From NCBI GenBank assembly GCA_951406725.2, contig OX597836.1, positions 21,018,001-21,082,000 on the forward strand: DNA of 64,000 bases, written 5' to 3'. A program made the translations under genes and the position numbers. Positions within the stretch are counted from its first letter, which is position 1, and each line of letters opens with the position of its first letter. Below are positions 13,029 to 26,114 of the stretch, in pieces. This DNA is from Octopus vulgaris (taxonomy: Eukaryota). Below the pieces are notes generated by a model. It worked only from the letters and a program-made list of their open reading frames with translations, was not told where the DNA came from and made no database searches.

Positions 13029-13740
13029 TTGGAAACGACATGCTGTACTACTTGGCATTTGCGCCAGAAGCTCAAATACGAACATTTCAGAATGGTTGGG
13101 TGTCAATCTGAGGACATATTCAGAGAGTGATAAAAATCAAATATCTTGTCAACATCTTGGTGTTTGGAGTTATCACTAGTGATGGTGACGTTAAGCCACC
13201 ATTCATCTTCCCACATGGCCTCAGACTCAACACGGAGGCCTACATCAAGTGCCTGGAGGAAGTAGTGCTGCCTTCAGTCAAGAGGGTGGCTACTGGAACA
13301 CCCTATGTCTGGTAACAGGACTCTGCACCATGCCACACAAGCAGAAGTCAGCCATGGCTGTCAGACAATTTCGGCAACCACATCACCCCTAACATCTGGC
13401 CACCTAACTATCCAGACTGCAACCCCCTTGATTATTATGTGTGGGGCACAGTTGAGAGAAAGACAACAAAACTCCTTGTAACACCAAAGATGAACTGAAG
13501 GCAAGAATTATTGCAGCATTCACCAACTTAAACAAGGAGACCATCCAGAAGATTTGCAGGAGATTCCAAACTCGTCTGGAGGCTGTGATTGAAGCCAATG
13601 GCGATTTTATTGAATGAATTTACTCTTTAGTATTTCAAGATATTTTTATGTAATTTTAGTAAATATATCTGTTAAAATGAGATACCAGTGTTATTTTCGT
13701 TTTTGCATAACTTAGACGACAGTCTATTCACTACACCCTA
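13029..13740 (+). mobile_element. Internally deleted Tc1/mariner-superfamily transposon, DD37D (maT)-like transposase pseudogene
   Basis: N-terminal WKRHAVLLGI..LGVNLRT is joined to ILVFGVITSDG..PYVW*QDSAPCH..WPPNYPDCNPLDYYVWG..RLEAVIEANGDFIE* (stop at 13617). There are 36 residues between the 2nd and 3rd D in this copy. A TIR-like end (cacccta) runs into (TA)n. Confidence 0.9.
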
Positions 13741-14824
13741 TATATATATATATATATCATCATCATCATCATCATCATCATCATTTAACGTCCGCTTTCC
13801 ATGCTAGCATGGGTTGGACGGTTCAACTGGGGTCTGGGGAGCCCGAAGGCTGCACCAGGCCAGTCATATATATATATATATATAAACACATACACACACC
13901 ACAATTTTCTTTCAGTTACCATCTACCAAATCCACTCACAAGGCTTTGGTTGACTGGAGGCGATAGTAGAAGACACTTGTCCAAAGTGACATGCAGTGGA
14001 ACTGAACCTGAAGCAATAGAGTATGAAGCCTCTTAACCACAGAGCCATGCCTAAAATATGCATACATACACACACCAGTATGCATGTATGTATGCATGTA
14101 TGTATGTATGCATGTATGTATGTATGTATGTAAAACGATAATTTTAATTACATTTGTTGCTAAGTTGTTTATAGCTTCAAATAGCAAATGAAAATAAAAT
14201 ATTTCGTTCATTCATCTCTCAAAACAGTTTTAAATCTAATTTTAACTTTCAAACAGATTTCGATGTGTGTGGCTGGGTTTAAATAAATAAATTAAGCTTA
14301 ATGAAACATACATTCCAAACGCATAATACCATGTCACATCGCAAACACCACATTTACGTGCTCATCAGCAAAAACTACAGGTACACTACACACACATGCT
14401 AATACACGCAGACATACACATAATCTAATACACACAGACATACACACAGAAACCAAACACACACGTTATACACGCACACACGTCTGTCTCTCCCTCTTTC
14501 TAACACACATGCACTCACACCCATTCCCTTACCCTTCCTCCTCCATCTATTACAGGTCCTTCCCTTCCCCTTATTCTAGTTCTGTGCATCTCTCTTCTTT
14601 CAGACCCCTCACCACTATCACATCCTCTTCCTATTATTTCCACTTCCCCTCCATCCCTCTCAATACAGAATTCATTCCTAAACTGACTACAATACTCTCT
14701 GATTTACCTCCAATTTACTTGGAGAGCAAACAAGGCAGTAGTTAAATCCTTGAGAAAAAGAAAAAAAAAATCATTTTCTTTTTTTTTTCTTTTTATCCTT
14801 TTTTTTCTTTCTTCCCTCCTTAAA

Positions 14825-14868
<44 letters not shown>

Positions 14869-15089
14869 CATTACTATTTAAACTTTTGATCTTTTGAATG
14901 TGTTTGTGTGTAAAAAAAAAATAAATAAACAAAAAAGATTGAAAGAAGAAAAAAAGATGTAGATTCTTGACATAAAGTGTTTCTCTTTGAAGGTTTTATG
15001 GGAGATAAAGAAGAAAAAACTGGAAAAAAAAAACAACAACCAACCAAAAAGTCTCAATGAATTTACCTCCAAAGAAATGAAGCATGACA

Positions 15090-16090
15090 TTCACCTATTT
15101 GCGTGCTTGGTTGTGTATTTGATGTGTGAGGTTGTGCATGTGTGCACATTAGGTCGTGGGTGTGTGTGCGAAGCAGGCATTTGTGGCATAGAAGCATGTG
15201 TAACACTCACCTATTTATGTGTGTAAGGTTGTGCGTGTGTGGTAGTCTGAGTGTAGGTGGTGTGTATTATTATGTCTTGTGCGTGTTTGAGCATAGTATC
15301 TGTGTTATGTGTTTGTGTGTATCTATGTGTTATGTTTAGTTTGTTCTGCATGTGTTTGTGTGTTGCATGTGTGTTTGTGTAAGACGTGTGTGAGTGTGTG
15401 TGTGTGTGTGTTTGGTTTCTATGTGTATGTCTGTGTGTATCAGATTATGTGTATGATTGTGTGTATGAGTGTGTGTGTGTGTGTGTGTGTTAGCATGTGT
15501 GTGTAGTGTATTTGTAAGGACATGTAAGAAAGAGATGGAGGAGGAAAGATAAGGGAGTGGGTGCATGTGTGTGTGAGAGAGAGAGGGAGAGACAGACAGA
15601 TAAACAGACTGAAAGAAAGAGGAAAACTGAAAGAGAAAGAGAGAGACTGAAAGAGGAGAGAGACTAAGAGAGAGAAACTAGAGAAAGAGAGAGAGACTGA
15701 AAGAGGAGAGAGACTAAGAGAGAGAAACTAGAGAAAGAGAGAGAGAGAGTAGCAAGTAAGAAAATGTGGAGAAAACAACCAAGAGACAGGTGAGAGAAAA
15801 GTTGTCAAAGAAAAAAAGCAGAGAGGGGTGAATGAGAAAGAATAGAGAAGAAAAGAAAAAAGAGAGAAGAAAGAGAGAAGGGAAAAGAGACAGAGAAGAG
15901 AGAGGGTACAGTAGAAAAAGGAGGAAAGGGAGAGGAAAAAAAGAGAGCAGAGGCAAGATAGATGGAAGGAAAAAGTGAGGAGGAAGAGAGAAAGGAAAGA
16001 GAGAAAGGAGGTAAAAGAGGAGAGAGAAAGAGTGGAGAAGAGGGAAATAGAAAGAAAGAAAAAGAAAGAAAAAAGAAAAAGGAAGTCAGA
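15090..16090. repeat. Degenerate (GT)-rich block followed by about 550 nt of polypurine (GA-rich) sequence
   Basis: Directly visible low complexity, including a ~50-nt tandem duplication near 15635-15745. Confidence 0.9.
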
Positions 16091-16141
16091 AATTTGTAGG
16101 GGAGAGTAATGAAGTGAGTTTCCCCAAAGCATATTATATTA

Positions 16142-16323
16142 TTGGCACTTCGTTAGTTCTGACAACAGGGTTCCAGTTAATCTGATGGACAGAACAGCCT
16201 GTTCACGAAATTAACATGCAGGTGGTTGAGCACTCTACAAACATGTGTACCTCAACATAGTTCCCAGGGAGATTCAACACGACACAGAATATGACAAGGC
16301 AAGCCCTTTGAATTACAAGTACA
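16142..16323 (-). mobile_element. Isolated SINE tail (same as tail of the 44631 element)
   Basis: Reverse complement matches ccttgtca..gaactacgttaagggtacac..cacgttaatttc..caggctgttc..ggaaccct at 44830-45005. Confidence 0.8.
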
Positions 16324-16411
16324 CTTTAAGTATATAGTAAATACTGATATTTAGTATATTAGTTGGTCAATCAAACTCCTAAAACTACAACCTATCATCT
16401 TAAAATCAGTA

Positions 16412-17053
16412 AAGCACACCTTGATAAATGCAGTCCTAAATACATTAGGCAAAGTATAGTATTTTTAAAAAATGCTTAGGCCTGACTGTGAGGTAAGAAG
16501 CTTGCTTCTCTACCACATGGTTTTGGGTTCAGTCCCACTGTGTGGCACCTCGGGCAAGCATCTTCTACTATCAAGCACACCTTGATAAATGTAATCCTAA
16601 ATACATTAGGCAAAGTATAGTATTTTTAAAAAATGCTTAGGCCTTACTGTGTGGTAAGAAGCTTGCTTCTCTACCACATGGTTCTGGGTTCAGTCTCACT
16701 GTGTGGCACCATGGGCAAGCATCTTCTACCATCAAGCACACCTTGATAAATGTAGTCCCAAATACATTATGCAAAGTATAGCATTTTTTAAAAATGCCTA
16801 GGCATGACTGTGTGGTAAGAAGCTTGCTTCTCTACCACATGGTTCTGGGTTCAGTCTCACTGTGTGGCACCATGGGCAAGCATCTTCTACCATCAAGCAC
16901 ACCTTGATAAATGTAGTCCCAAATACATTATGCAAAGTATAGCATTTTTAAAAAATGCCTAGGCATGACTGTGTGGTAAGAAGCTTGCTTCCATACCACA
17001 TGGTTCTGGGTTCAGCCTCACTGTGTGGCACCTTGGGCAAGCATCTTCTACTA
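16412..17053 (+). repeat. Tandem array, 4 x 161 bp, each unit = flank + SINE A head
   Basis: aagcacaccttgataaatg starts at 16412, 16573, 16734 and 16895. The last unit continues into a full SINE. Confidence 0.95.
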
Positions 17054-17570
17054 TAGCCTCAGGCTGGCCAAAGCCTTGTGAGTGGATTTGGTAGACAGAA
17101 ACTGAAAGAAACCCGTCCGTCATATATATGTGTGTGTCTTTGTGTCTTTGTTGTCCCCCACTACCACTTGACAATTAGTGCTGGTGTGTTTACATGCTCT
17201 TAACTGAGTGGTTCTGCAAGGGATTGATAGAATAAGTATCAGGCTTTTAACCCTTTAGCATTTAAACCGTCCATATCCGGCCAAAAGTATTCTGCCTGTT
17301 TTATGTTCAAACTGGCCAGATCTGGTCTCTCACACCAACCCTACAATATTGTTTTAAAAATTAACAGCCACCTCATCAAAATCTCATAGCTACAAGATAA
17401 TGCATGATTGGTTCAAAACAATGTAGATGAAGAAGCATTAATTTTGGCAGAATAATGCAAACACTAAAGGGTTAAAAGAAAAATAGATACTGGTGCCAAT
17501 ATATTAAACTAAAAATTCTTTAAGGTGGTGCCCCAGCATGGTCACAGTCTGTTGAGTGAAACAAGTAAAA
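16958..17570 (+). mobile_element. Family A SINE interrupted by a piggyBac-type MITE
   Basis: SINE body runs to 17246 and resumes after 17475, ending at ccccagcatggtcacagtc..gaaacaagtaaaa. Confidence 0.88.
17251..17471. mobile_element. piggyBac-type MITE (type 1)
   Basis: TTAA duplication at 17247-17250 and 17472-17475. TIRs CCCTTTAG..CTAAAGGG. Partial copies at about 9391-9541, 25285-25440 and 56905-57130. Confidence 0.92.
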
Positions 17571-18833
17571 AAAAAATTAAAAGAAAGTCATATATGAATG
17601 TCTTTCAACATATATCTGCACAAAAAAGGCTGACCTAGGGTTAAACAGCAGTTAACAGAACACAGATTCAATGAGGAAACCTCTACATGGTAATAAAACC
17701 TTCTAGAAATAGCAACCAAATATCCATATAAAAAGAGTTTATAAAATGCAAAGCACAGTATTATCTTTAAACAAAAAGAAAGGAAGGATACATCAGGATA
17801 ATAAAGTCTTAAGATATATTTGCTTGAAAGAAAAGACAGGATGGTCACAGCTGGTATGCCTTTCTTCTCTTTCAAAGTATGCTGGATCGATAACAAATGT
17901 AACTCAGAAAACAATAAGTATTCTTTGACACACCTTCCCCTCCCCGCCCACGCCATTCTCTTCTGGCAATATATAAATAAATAAAATAAATAAATAGCAT
18001 TAGAGAAGATAAAAAAATAGATTTTAAGCTGTGGAACTCTCTCCATTTTGTTTCAGCTAAGTTGATAAATTTACTTTACATTGTATTTGCCTTTAGAATT
18101 TCCCTCTCACCTCCTCACTTCACCATCTTTCTTCCCTCTCTCTGTCTCTTTTGAGAATGAGAGAGAGAGACAGAGAGAGAGAGACAGAGAGACAGACACA
18201 GAGAGAGAGACAGAGAGAGACAGAGAGAGAGACAGAGAGAGAGACAGAGAAGTCTTTTAGGTACTGCTATCATTTAACTTGGTTTAGTAGAATATCTGAT
18301 ACCATCGCTATCCAACAGTGTTACCATCATCATCATCACCGGCACCACCACCGCCGCCGTCAAAACTGTCACTATCATACCATTAATCAGTCATCGTCAT
18401 TCATTATAAAACATTACTATCCCCACTGACTACAGAGCAATTTCTGCCACACCTTACCTGCAGCCATCCTGACTCCACTCCCTTCAGTCCAGCCCAGCAC
18501 ATATATGTATGGACACACACACACACATGCATATTTATATATAGACATGTAACATTTCTCCTTACATAAATCATTTCTGCTACCCATCTACTTCATTTCG
18601 ACAGTGAATCATATCTTATCAATCAATCAATCAATTAGAATTACAATTATCTTCAGAATATATATTTTTGTAAAGCCACAAAACAAATGATCTAATTATT
18701 TCCCAATACAATGATATACATTATGTGATATTTTCAAACTAGCAATAACCACACCTCGTATATATATAGTAGTCCAAAAATCCATAAATCAGTAAAGATA
18801 GGCACACATATCTATCAAAATAATCAAAGCATG

Positions 18834-19000
18834 CAGTATTATAGATGCATTTCATCTGAACTTACCAATCAGTTTCACACTGGATATTTTTTCCATACCC
18901 GTCATCTCTGAAGAGCACATGTATTAGATAACTGTCATGTTATCTAATATCCAGTGTGAAACTGACTGGTAAGTTCAGATGAAATGGATCTATAATACTG
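18834..19000. repeat. Foldback element: 55-bp inverted arms (53/55 identical), probable Tc1/mariner-type MITE
   Basis: Arms at 18834-18888 and 18946-19000. Ends are CAG..CTG followed by TA on the right. Inner 11-bp hairpin at 18922-18949. Confidence 0.85.
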
Positions 19001-19344
19001 TATACTATGATTAGTGTGTGTGTGTGTGTGTGCATGCGTGACTGAGGTAGTACATAAAGGACTGGCTTTCATACTCATTTTGGAAGTTGAGAGTAAGGTT
19101 TTGCTGTTATCACAATAGACTGAGTAGACTACAAAGCTTTGACCATAGGTCTTCTTGATCAGGACCACATTAGGACCAAACAATAATATGTCCAGCGTAA
19201 GAGTTTGTATGCCAGAAAATACAGTATCTAAAAGCCCTTAACTGCTCAATGCTCCACAACAATATCAAATTTGCTGGAACAACTTTTAGAAAAGGTCCAA
19301 GGCCTGCAGAGAACCCCACAGTAGCTCGCCTGTTGCTGAGCCCT

Positions 19345-19548
19345 GTTCTACATGATTGCTCAGTCTGCTAGAAATAGCAGGTAAATCTGTCTTAAGACAT
19401 ACATTCTACAAGCTTAAAGATAAGTTTATGAAAGAGGATGTATAAGGATAATATAACCTGAGATAGACTACATTAAAAAAGAAGAAATGATCATTGCTGG
19501 AATACCTTTAACCATAAGTCTATTGAACCTGGGGCTAAACAACAACAG
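19345..19548 (+). mobile_element. Family C dispersed repeat (SINE-like), representative copy
   Basis: ctgctagaaatagcag..gctggaatacctt..cctggggctaaacaacaac. More than 20 decayed copies across the window, with a head-to-tail cluster at about 24525-25495. Confidence 0.75.
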
Positions 19549-20678
19549 CTATATTTTTAAGGCAATTTTGTTCAGTCTGTGCACAAATTATATTCAGTGA
19601 TTCAAACGCTATATAATATTGCAAAAAAGTAAATAAAAATAAAATTGTAAAAAATGGTAACTCATTCTTGTTGTAAAGAAATATATTCATGTATGGTTTA
19701 AAACAAAGAAATTAATGCAATACAACAATGAAAAAAAAGAAACAATATTTTCTAAGATGGCATGAATATGTATGAAAGTAACATATTTTAAAAACATTGA
19801 TCGATATACTGATATGGATACAGAAAGATATGTGAGAAGAATGGAATTGGTATTACAGATTGGGAGGTGGAGTGGAGGAAGCCAACTCAGACCAACACTA
19901 AAACACTAAAGTAGATATTTTACAAACTAACTTCAATGATCAAATCACCAATTCCAATTCAACCATCAAAGAGGAAACATTTGTATTTTTCTTATTTAAT
20001 TTCTTATGACAGTCAAAAGAAGAACATCACCACCCATGGCCTTTTTTAGAATCACCAAGACTAATGGAAAAAAAGAGAGTAAGTTTCTAATCTGGTCCAG
20101 ATCTTAATGTTTGCAGCAGAGTGAACCCTGCTAGTGAACCCTAAGTTCCTATGAAGGGCTTCCACACAGTTTCTATCAACAATTTTTTTTTCTCATTAAA
20201 TTTTGGTTGATTTGACCTCACAAGCTAATGAGGAAGAGTCTAGTTGGGTTTGGTTTAGAGGTCTGTTAGAATCAGGAATGAAATCTCACTTAAATCAAAC
20301 TCTACCATTTTAAAGGGAAAGAAGGATACACAAGGGAAATAGCTTTAGAACCACTATCCAGCAATAAGAAAGAAGGACCACAACTAGAAAGCCTCTAACC
20401 ATACATCTCTTTGACTGGGGATGACCTGGAGGCTAGTCAACAGTTATTTCATAAGCCAGTAAGGTAACATCTATACAGTCACTTGATCTAGGAATACCAG
20501 CCCAATTTCCTTTAAATCATACTCTACTGCCTTTAAAGAGATAATGTCTATATGAAACTACACAGATAATTTAGTACTAGACAAACACTGCCTGAGAAAA
20601 AGAAAAACAAGATAGTCGCAGAAATCAATTTACCAAACAGCTCACCTACAATTATGCTGTAATGTTTTTTGAACTTAC

Positions 20679-20692
20679 ATTGTCCAGAAAAG
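20679..20692 (-). other. Candidate 14-nt microexon
   Basis: ttgtttagttggtttgatctcag|CTTTTCTGGACAAT|gtaagt. An alternative donor gtgagc lies 33 nt further on. Confidence 0.3.
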
Positions 20693-21400
20693 CTGAGATC
20701 AAACCAACTAAACAACATAATTAACGACAAGATCACAGTATTACTGCTGTTAGATCTTAAGCTGTGCTAAAGTGATTTCCTAATTACTCAATTATGAATA
20801 TTCACTAAACACCGAATGACAACAAAAAGTTAATTAGAGTTAATACTTATTAGCACAAAGTTCTATTTTGTTGATAAAACAACAGATTCATTTATCATTG
20901 TTTCATGTCCACTTTTCCATGCTTGCATTCATTGGGGCAAATTTTCTGTGGCCAGACACCCATCTTGTCTCCAATCTCAATTATTTGCAGCAAAGACGAT
21001 ATCTGTTCATGGCCAGACAGGTTTCCACAGAAAATTAGAAATGAACAACGCTGCACATATGGTACATTGGGCAAGTGCTTTTTACTACAGCCCTGGAATA
21101 ACCAAAGCCTTGTGAGTGGATTTGGTAGACAGAAACTGAAAGTATCCTGTCATGTGTGTGTGTGTGCTACCTGTGAGACTTAAACCATGCATCTTCAGTA
21201 CCCATAACAGAAGTTCTAACTATCAGCACTAAAGTAACCAAGCAACCTTCAGTCTTTCTACCAGGTTACTTAAGTATAAATAGTCGCATATCTGTTATGG
21301 TGCAGAAGATGCATGGTGCAAATCCCATAGATAGCTATGAGCTATTTTTTCTGTCCAAGGGTTTTTTTTTAAATTACATACAATTATTTATAACTGAATC

Positions 21401-22080
21401 AAAGGTAGTAAGATGGTGGAATTATAAGTGCATCAAACAAAAGTTTAGCAGCATTTCTTCCAGCTCTTTGTGTTCTGAGTTCAAATTCCACCAAGGTTGA
21501 CTTTGCCTTCCCTTTGGAATTGGTAAAATAAGTACTAAATGAACACAGAGATCAATGTATTTTGACTAAATACTTTCTCCTAAAACTGCGCTGGCCTTAT
21601 TCCAAAATTTGAAACAGTTATTATTATTATTAGCATCAGCATCATCATCAAGATAGCAAGCTGGCAGAATCATTAATACATCAGACAAAATACTTAGCAA
21701 AATTTCTTCCAACTCTTTATGTTCTGAGTTCACATCCCATCAGAGTCAACTTTGCCCTTCATTCTTTCTAGGTCAGTAAAATAAGTATCAATCAAGTACT
21801 AGGGTCCTTGCCTCCTCCCCTCAAAATGTTTGGCCTTGAGTCAAAATTAGAATTATTGTTATCATTATTATCAAGGCGATGAGCAGACAGAAGCATTGTC
21901 AAACAAAATGCTTAGCAAATTTTCTTTGAGCACTTTACACTCTGAGAGACCCATCTCCAAGCTGGCTTTGCCTCTCATCTTTTAGGGTCAATAAAATGAA
22001 GTACCAGTCAAGTTATGGGATTAATGTAATCAACTTAGCCCCACTCCTTAAAACTGCTGGCTTTGTACCAAAATTAGAAA
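21401..22080 (+). mobile_element. Three head-to-tail family B SINEs
   Basis: Repeated ctgagttcaaat..ctttgcc..aaataagta..ggcctt..caaaatt units separated by (ATT/ATC)n tails. Confidence 0.8.
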
Positions 22081-22513
22081 GAAAATGGTTTATTACAAGA
22101 TGCCTTGCTTCCTTACATAAATCAGTTTATTTTTCTAAGAAATTTATTTTCTACCCCAGCATATTACACAAATCAGTTTATTTCACTCCATGAAAACATA
22201 AAATCTCACTCTTCTCTGATAAATTCAACAAGAGTTTTTTTGAGTAGACAATGCTAAAAAGACACCAATGGTTTTATTCAGAGTGTTTAAAATTAATACA
22301 TGACCAAAAGAAAAAAAATAAGTAATGGCATCTCTGTTGATGCGAATGATGAAAATATTAACTGAGACACATCTTGGCAAATCAATAGCACATCAATAAA
22401 AACATTAACATGTCTTAGAAAAACAACACTTCATATTTGCATCACACAGCCTTAGTGGCATTGTAGTGCTGCATACTAACTTAAAACCATTGCTGCTTAG
22501 TAAATTCATTTAC

Positions 22514-22536
22514 ATCAGGAGACTGCCCAATACATA
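22514..22536 (-). other. Candidate 23-nt microexon
   Basis: ttttgcttgtatttactttccctgccag|TATGTATTGGGCAGTCTCCTGAT|gtaaat. Confidence 0.3.
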
Positions 22537-23331
22537 CTGGCAGGGAAAGTAAATACAAGCAAAATTAAACACATTCAAATGATAATGAGAACACCAATTA
22601 TGGTTGAAGGTGTGGTGGTAATTCAAAAGTGGTGGTGATAGAGCATAAGACACAGCAACAGTAGTGGTAATTGAGGTGGTGGTGACAGTAGAGATGGTGG
22701 TGGTAGTGACAGTGGTGCTGATGATGTTGGTGGGGGTGTTAGTAGTGGTGATGATGGTGGTGGTGGTGGTGGTAGTGGGGTAATGGTAGACCACAAGATG
22801 GAGGCAGTATGAACTGAGCATTGGTGATGATATAGTACTGGGAGTGATGGCACTGATAGTAATGGTATAGGTGGTGGTTGAGGTGGTGTAGCAGTGGTGA
22901 GTGCAATGGAGTGCTGCATACTAATGTTGGTGGAGTAACAGGTAGTGATGGAAGTATTTGTGGGTGTGTCTGTGTGGGGGTGGGGTCATAGGTTGTAATG
23001 ATTTATGATGACAGTTTTAACAATAAAGGTGATGATGATGATGATGATGATGATGATGACAATGACAACTACCATCCCTTTCATTACATTTGCACTGACC
23101 TGTACTGAAAGACTGCATGCTATACAAACATTATGCTATATACATTGAAAAAAAAAAAAAACTAACACCACCAAGGAAAAGGAAAAAGAAAGAACAAACA
23201 AAAGACACGCATTCATTATAGATTATTCTAGAAATATTTCCATAGATGAACAGTTTCCATTTAACTGATAAAGTAAAAGAAAATTTGTCAGATAATAAAT
23301 TTAAAACTACAAAATAATAATGGTGATGATG

Positions 23332-23377
<46 letters not shown>

Positions 23378-23974
23378 AACAGCAAACAACTTAAGCATCG
23401 AAAAATAAAAAAGAGAAGAATTTACAAATAATTTCATTATTCTTCTTTGACTTTCTCAACCTAGAGATGAAACTGGAAATATCTTCCAATATTTTTTTTT
23501 ATGGCATTAAAACAATTTAATGAAAGGAAGTTCTATCTGGTCATTTGACCTGCTATTTAGACAAAGTACAGAATAGCGTAACAGACAAGAGTGTCATGGC
23601 TGGAATGTCTTTTATCATTAATTTGCTAGAGTGCGGTTGACTTGATGCGAATCAAATTCGACATGCTAATATGTGTCTTCCATAAGACAGTGAACTCACA
23701 AAAATGTTAGCACACTGGGCAAAATGATAAATGGTATTTCATCTGCCCACATTCTGAGTTCAAATTCTGCCAAGGTTGACTTTGCCTTTCATCCTTTCAA
23801 AGAAAATAAGTACCAGTTGAGCACAGGGTTGATGTAATCGACCTACTCAACTCCTTCAAACTTGCTGGCCTTGTGCCAAAATTTGGAATCAATATGTGTC
23901 TGCCCTGCTGCAATAGTTTTAGTTTCAACACAGTGTTAGATCAAATCACTTACATGGCAAGTACATCTCCAAAA

Positions 23975-24160
23975 TATGAGAGGGTACTGAAAAGTTTCTG
24001 GCTTTAAGGGTATTGTGAAAAATCTGGTTGGAAGCCCAACTTTCTGAGTTCTTTTACAGGACAAAGAAAAACTGAAGGACTGCTGCAATAAGTGTGTGAA
24101 TCTGAGAGGGGAATATACTGAATAAAATCATAATTAACTGATCCTCCTCTATTTTCTTAC
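23975..24160 (+). mobile_element. Non-autonomous mariner remnant
   Basis: TA + tgagagggtactgaaaagtt TIR-like start, and C-terminal EKLKDCCNKCVNLRGEYTE*, typical of mariner transposase ends. Confidence 0.7.
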
Positions 24161-26045
24161 ATATGAAAATATCCTTCTCCCGTTGCCATTGCTAGCACAA
24201 AAGGCTATCTAAAAGCTACCAGTAGCTCAATCCCACCCCAAATACACTAAATTTAGCAAATTTTTAGAAAAGATCCAAGATTCACAGAGAACATTTCAAA
24301 TGTCCACCTGTTGCCAACTTCTGATCTGGAACATTTTTTTCTTTTTAATTTAAGAATTTTGCCACTTATAATATTCAGGATAAGATTAAAAGATATGTGT
24401 GTCATGGAGGGAGGGGGAAAACAATAACAGATTAAATCAGTAAAAATATTACAGAAAAAGGATATAGGGAAATGAGAAAACATGAAAGAAAACAGGATTT
24501 ATGATAACAATAAGAACTGGAAAGGGGATTCTATGTAATCACTTGACTTGGAAGAAACAGCAGCTAAACATAACCCTCAAATAAAACCCTACTTTTTTAA
24601 ATAAGGCAAGGACACATTAGATATTATCCTATATAATACAAAAAGATGGAAAGGTCAAGGGCAGGAATGCTTTTGAGCATAAGTCTATTCAATTGAGAAT
24701 GACATGGGGTTAATCAACAATAATGATATCAAGGTAATAAATCAACAAGCAAATGTACAACTCTTTGTGCAGTCACTTATCCAACCTGTGAGAAATAGCA
24801 GTTAAATTTCCCTCATAGCACACACCCAACCATCTTATAAATGGAAATGGCAATTAGATAATGTACTCTTGACAGGATTGCTTGGTCATGGTTCAAATGT
24901 TTGAAATCATTAATCTGACAGATCTTGATTAATCAAGGGCTAAGCAACAACAACAGAAAGGAAATTAAGGCTCATCAAACCTGCTTCAAATAGCAGCCAA
25001 ATGTCCATCATATTGCCTGCTACTGACCTGAATAAAGTAAGATACACTAAACAGTACAGTCATGGATATTCACCCCATCTTCCCAAAACAGTCACAAGTA
25101 GAATGGCTTTGATATGGATTGGTCTGTTTTCTCAGGGCTAACTTGGTATTTTAACAAGTCAGTAGGCCAACTAAAAGTGATAGTGAAATCTCCCTCAAAT
25201 CACAGTATAGCATTTTGAAAAATACAGATGTACCAAAGAGAAAGATGGAATTAACATTACTAGAATGCCTTTAGTATTTAAACTGTTAAAACTAACCTCT
25301 CACACCTCCCTTACAATGTCCTTCAAAAAATATACAATCATTGAAATCTTGAAATTACGAGATGATACATGATTAATTCAAAACAATGTGAATAAATAAG
25401 CAATACAGTTGACAGAGTAATCTAAATGCTAAAGGGTTAAATAAAAAGTAGATGTACTCAATCAGGTTTGACCTAGGGTTAAACAACAACAGTAACATAA
25501 GAGAATAAAGTAGAAAAAATACCAAAAGAATTAAGAGGAATTTCAAGATGTAAAATAAAAAAAGATTCTGACAAAGATAAAAACCAATTCATGCAAGATT
25601 TTGTAAAATGAATGTCAAAAAGGAAACTGTCCTCTTAAAGTTTAGGAATACCAAAATCAGGTTGTGACTCCCAGGAGTGAAAATCAATATAGTCTCTTTT
25701 AACTATATGTTTCTTATCTATATGTCTATAGAAATAAACCAAATGGAAAGTGGGGGGGGGTAGGAAAAAGAAAGTAAAACGCAAGAATAAAAAAAACATG
25801 AAATAAAAGATGAATTAAAAAAATAAAACAAGCATGGTAGAAAAGAATATTGGTGGCGGTGGGTGGTTAGTAACCCCTCCTCCCCCCTCCCCAAGACAGT
25901 TTTCTATTTTAAGACATATCTGTGTCTCAGATTGATAATCTTTGATTGCCTGAACAATTCTCAGATATCTATCTTGGTATTTATTCAAAGATGCCTACAA
26001 ATAAAGTGAGCTATGTACCTGTACAAAACAAGTTCTTCATTATTA

Positions 26046-26085
<40 letters not shown>

Positions 26086-26114
26086 CATTGTTATTGTTAT
26101 TATTATTATCATTA

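Noticed and set aside
14380-15510. Long-range CA-rich/GT-rich foldback
   Set aside because: Complementarity is only low-complexity, with no specific alignment.
16412-17053. CRISPR-like array
   Set aside because: Whole 161-bp units repeat with no unique spacers. The context is eukaryotic, with no cas genes.
22510-22919. Thr/Pro-rich mucin-like ORFs
   Set aside because: Degenerate (GGT)n microsatellite.
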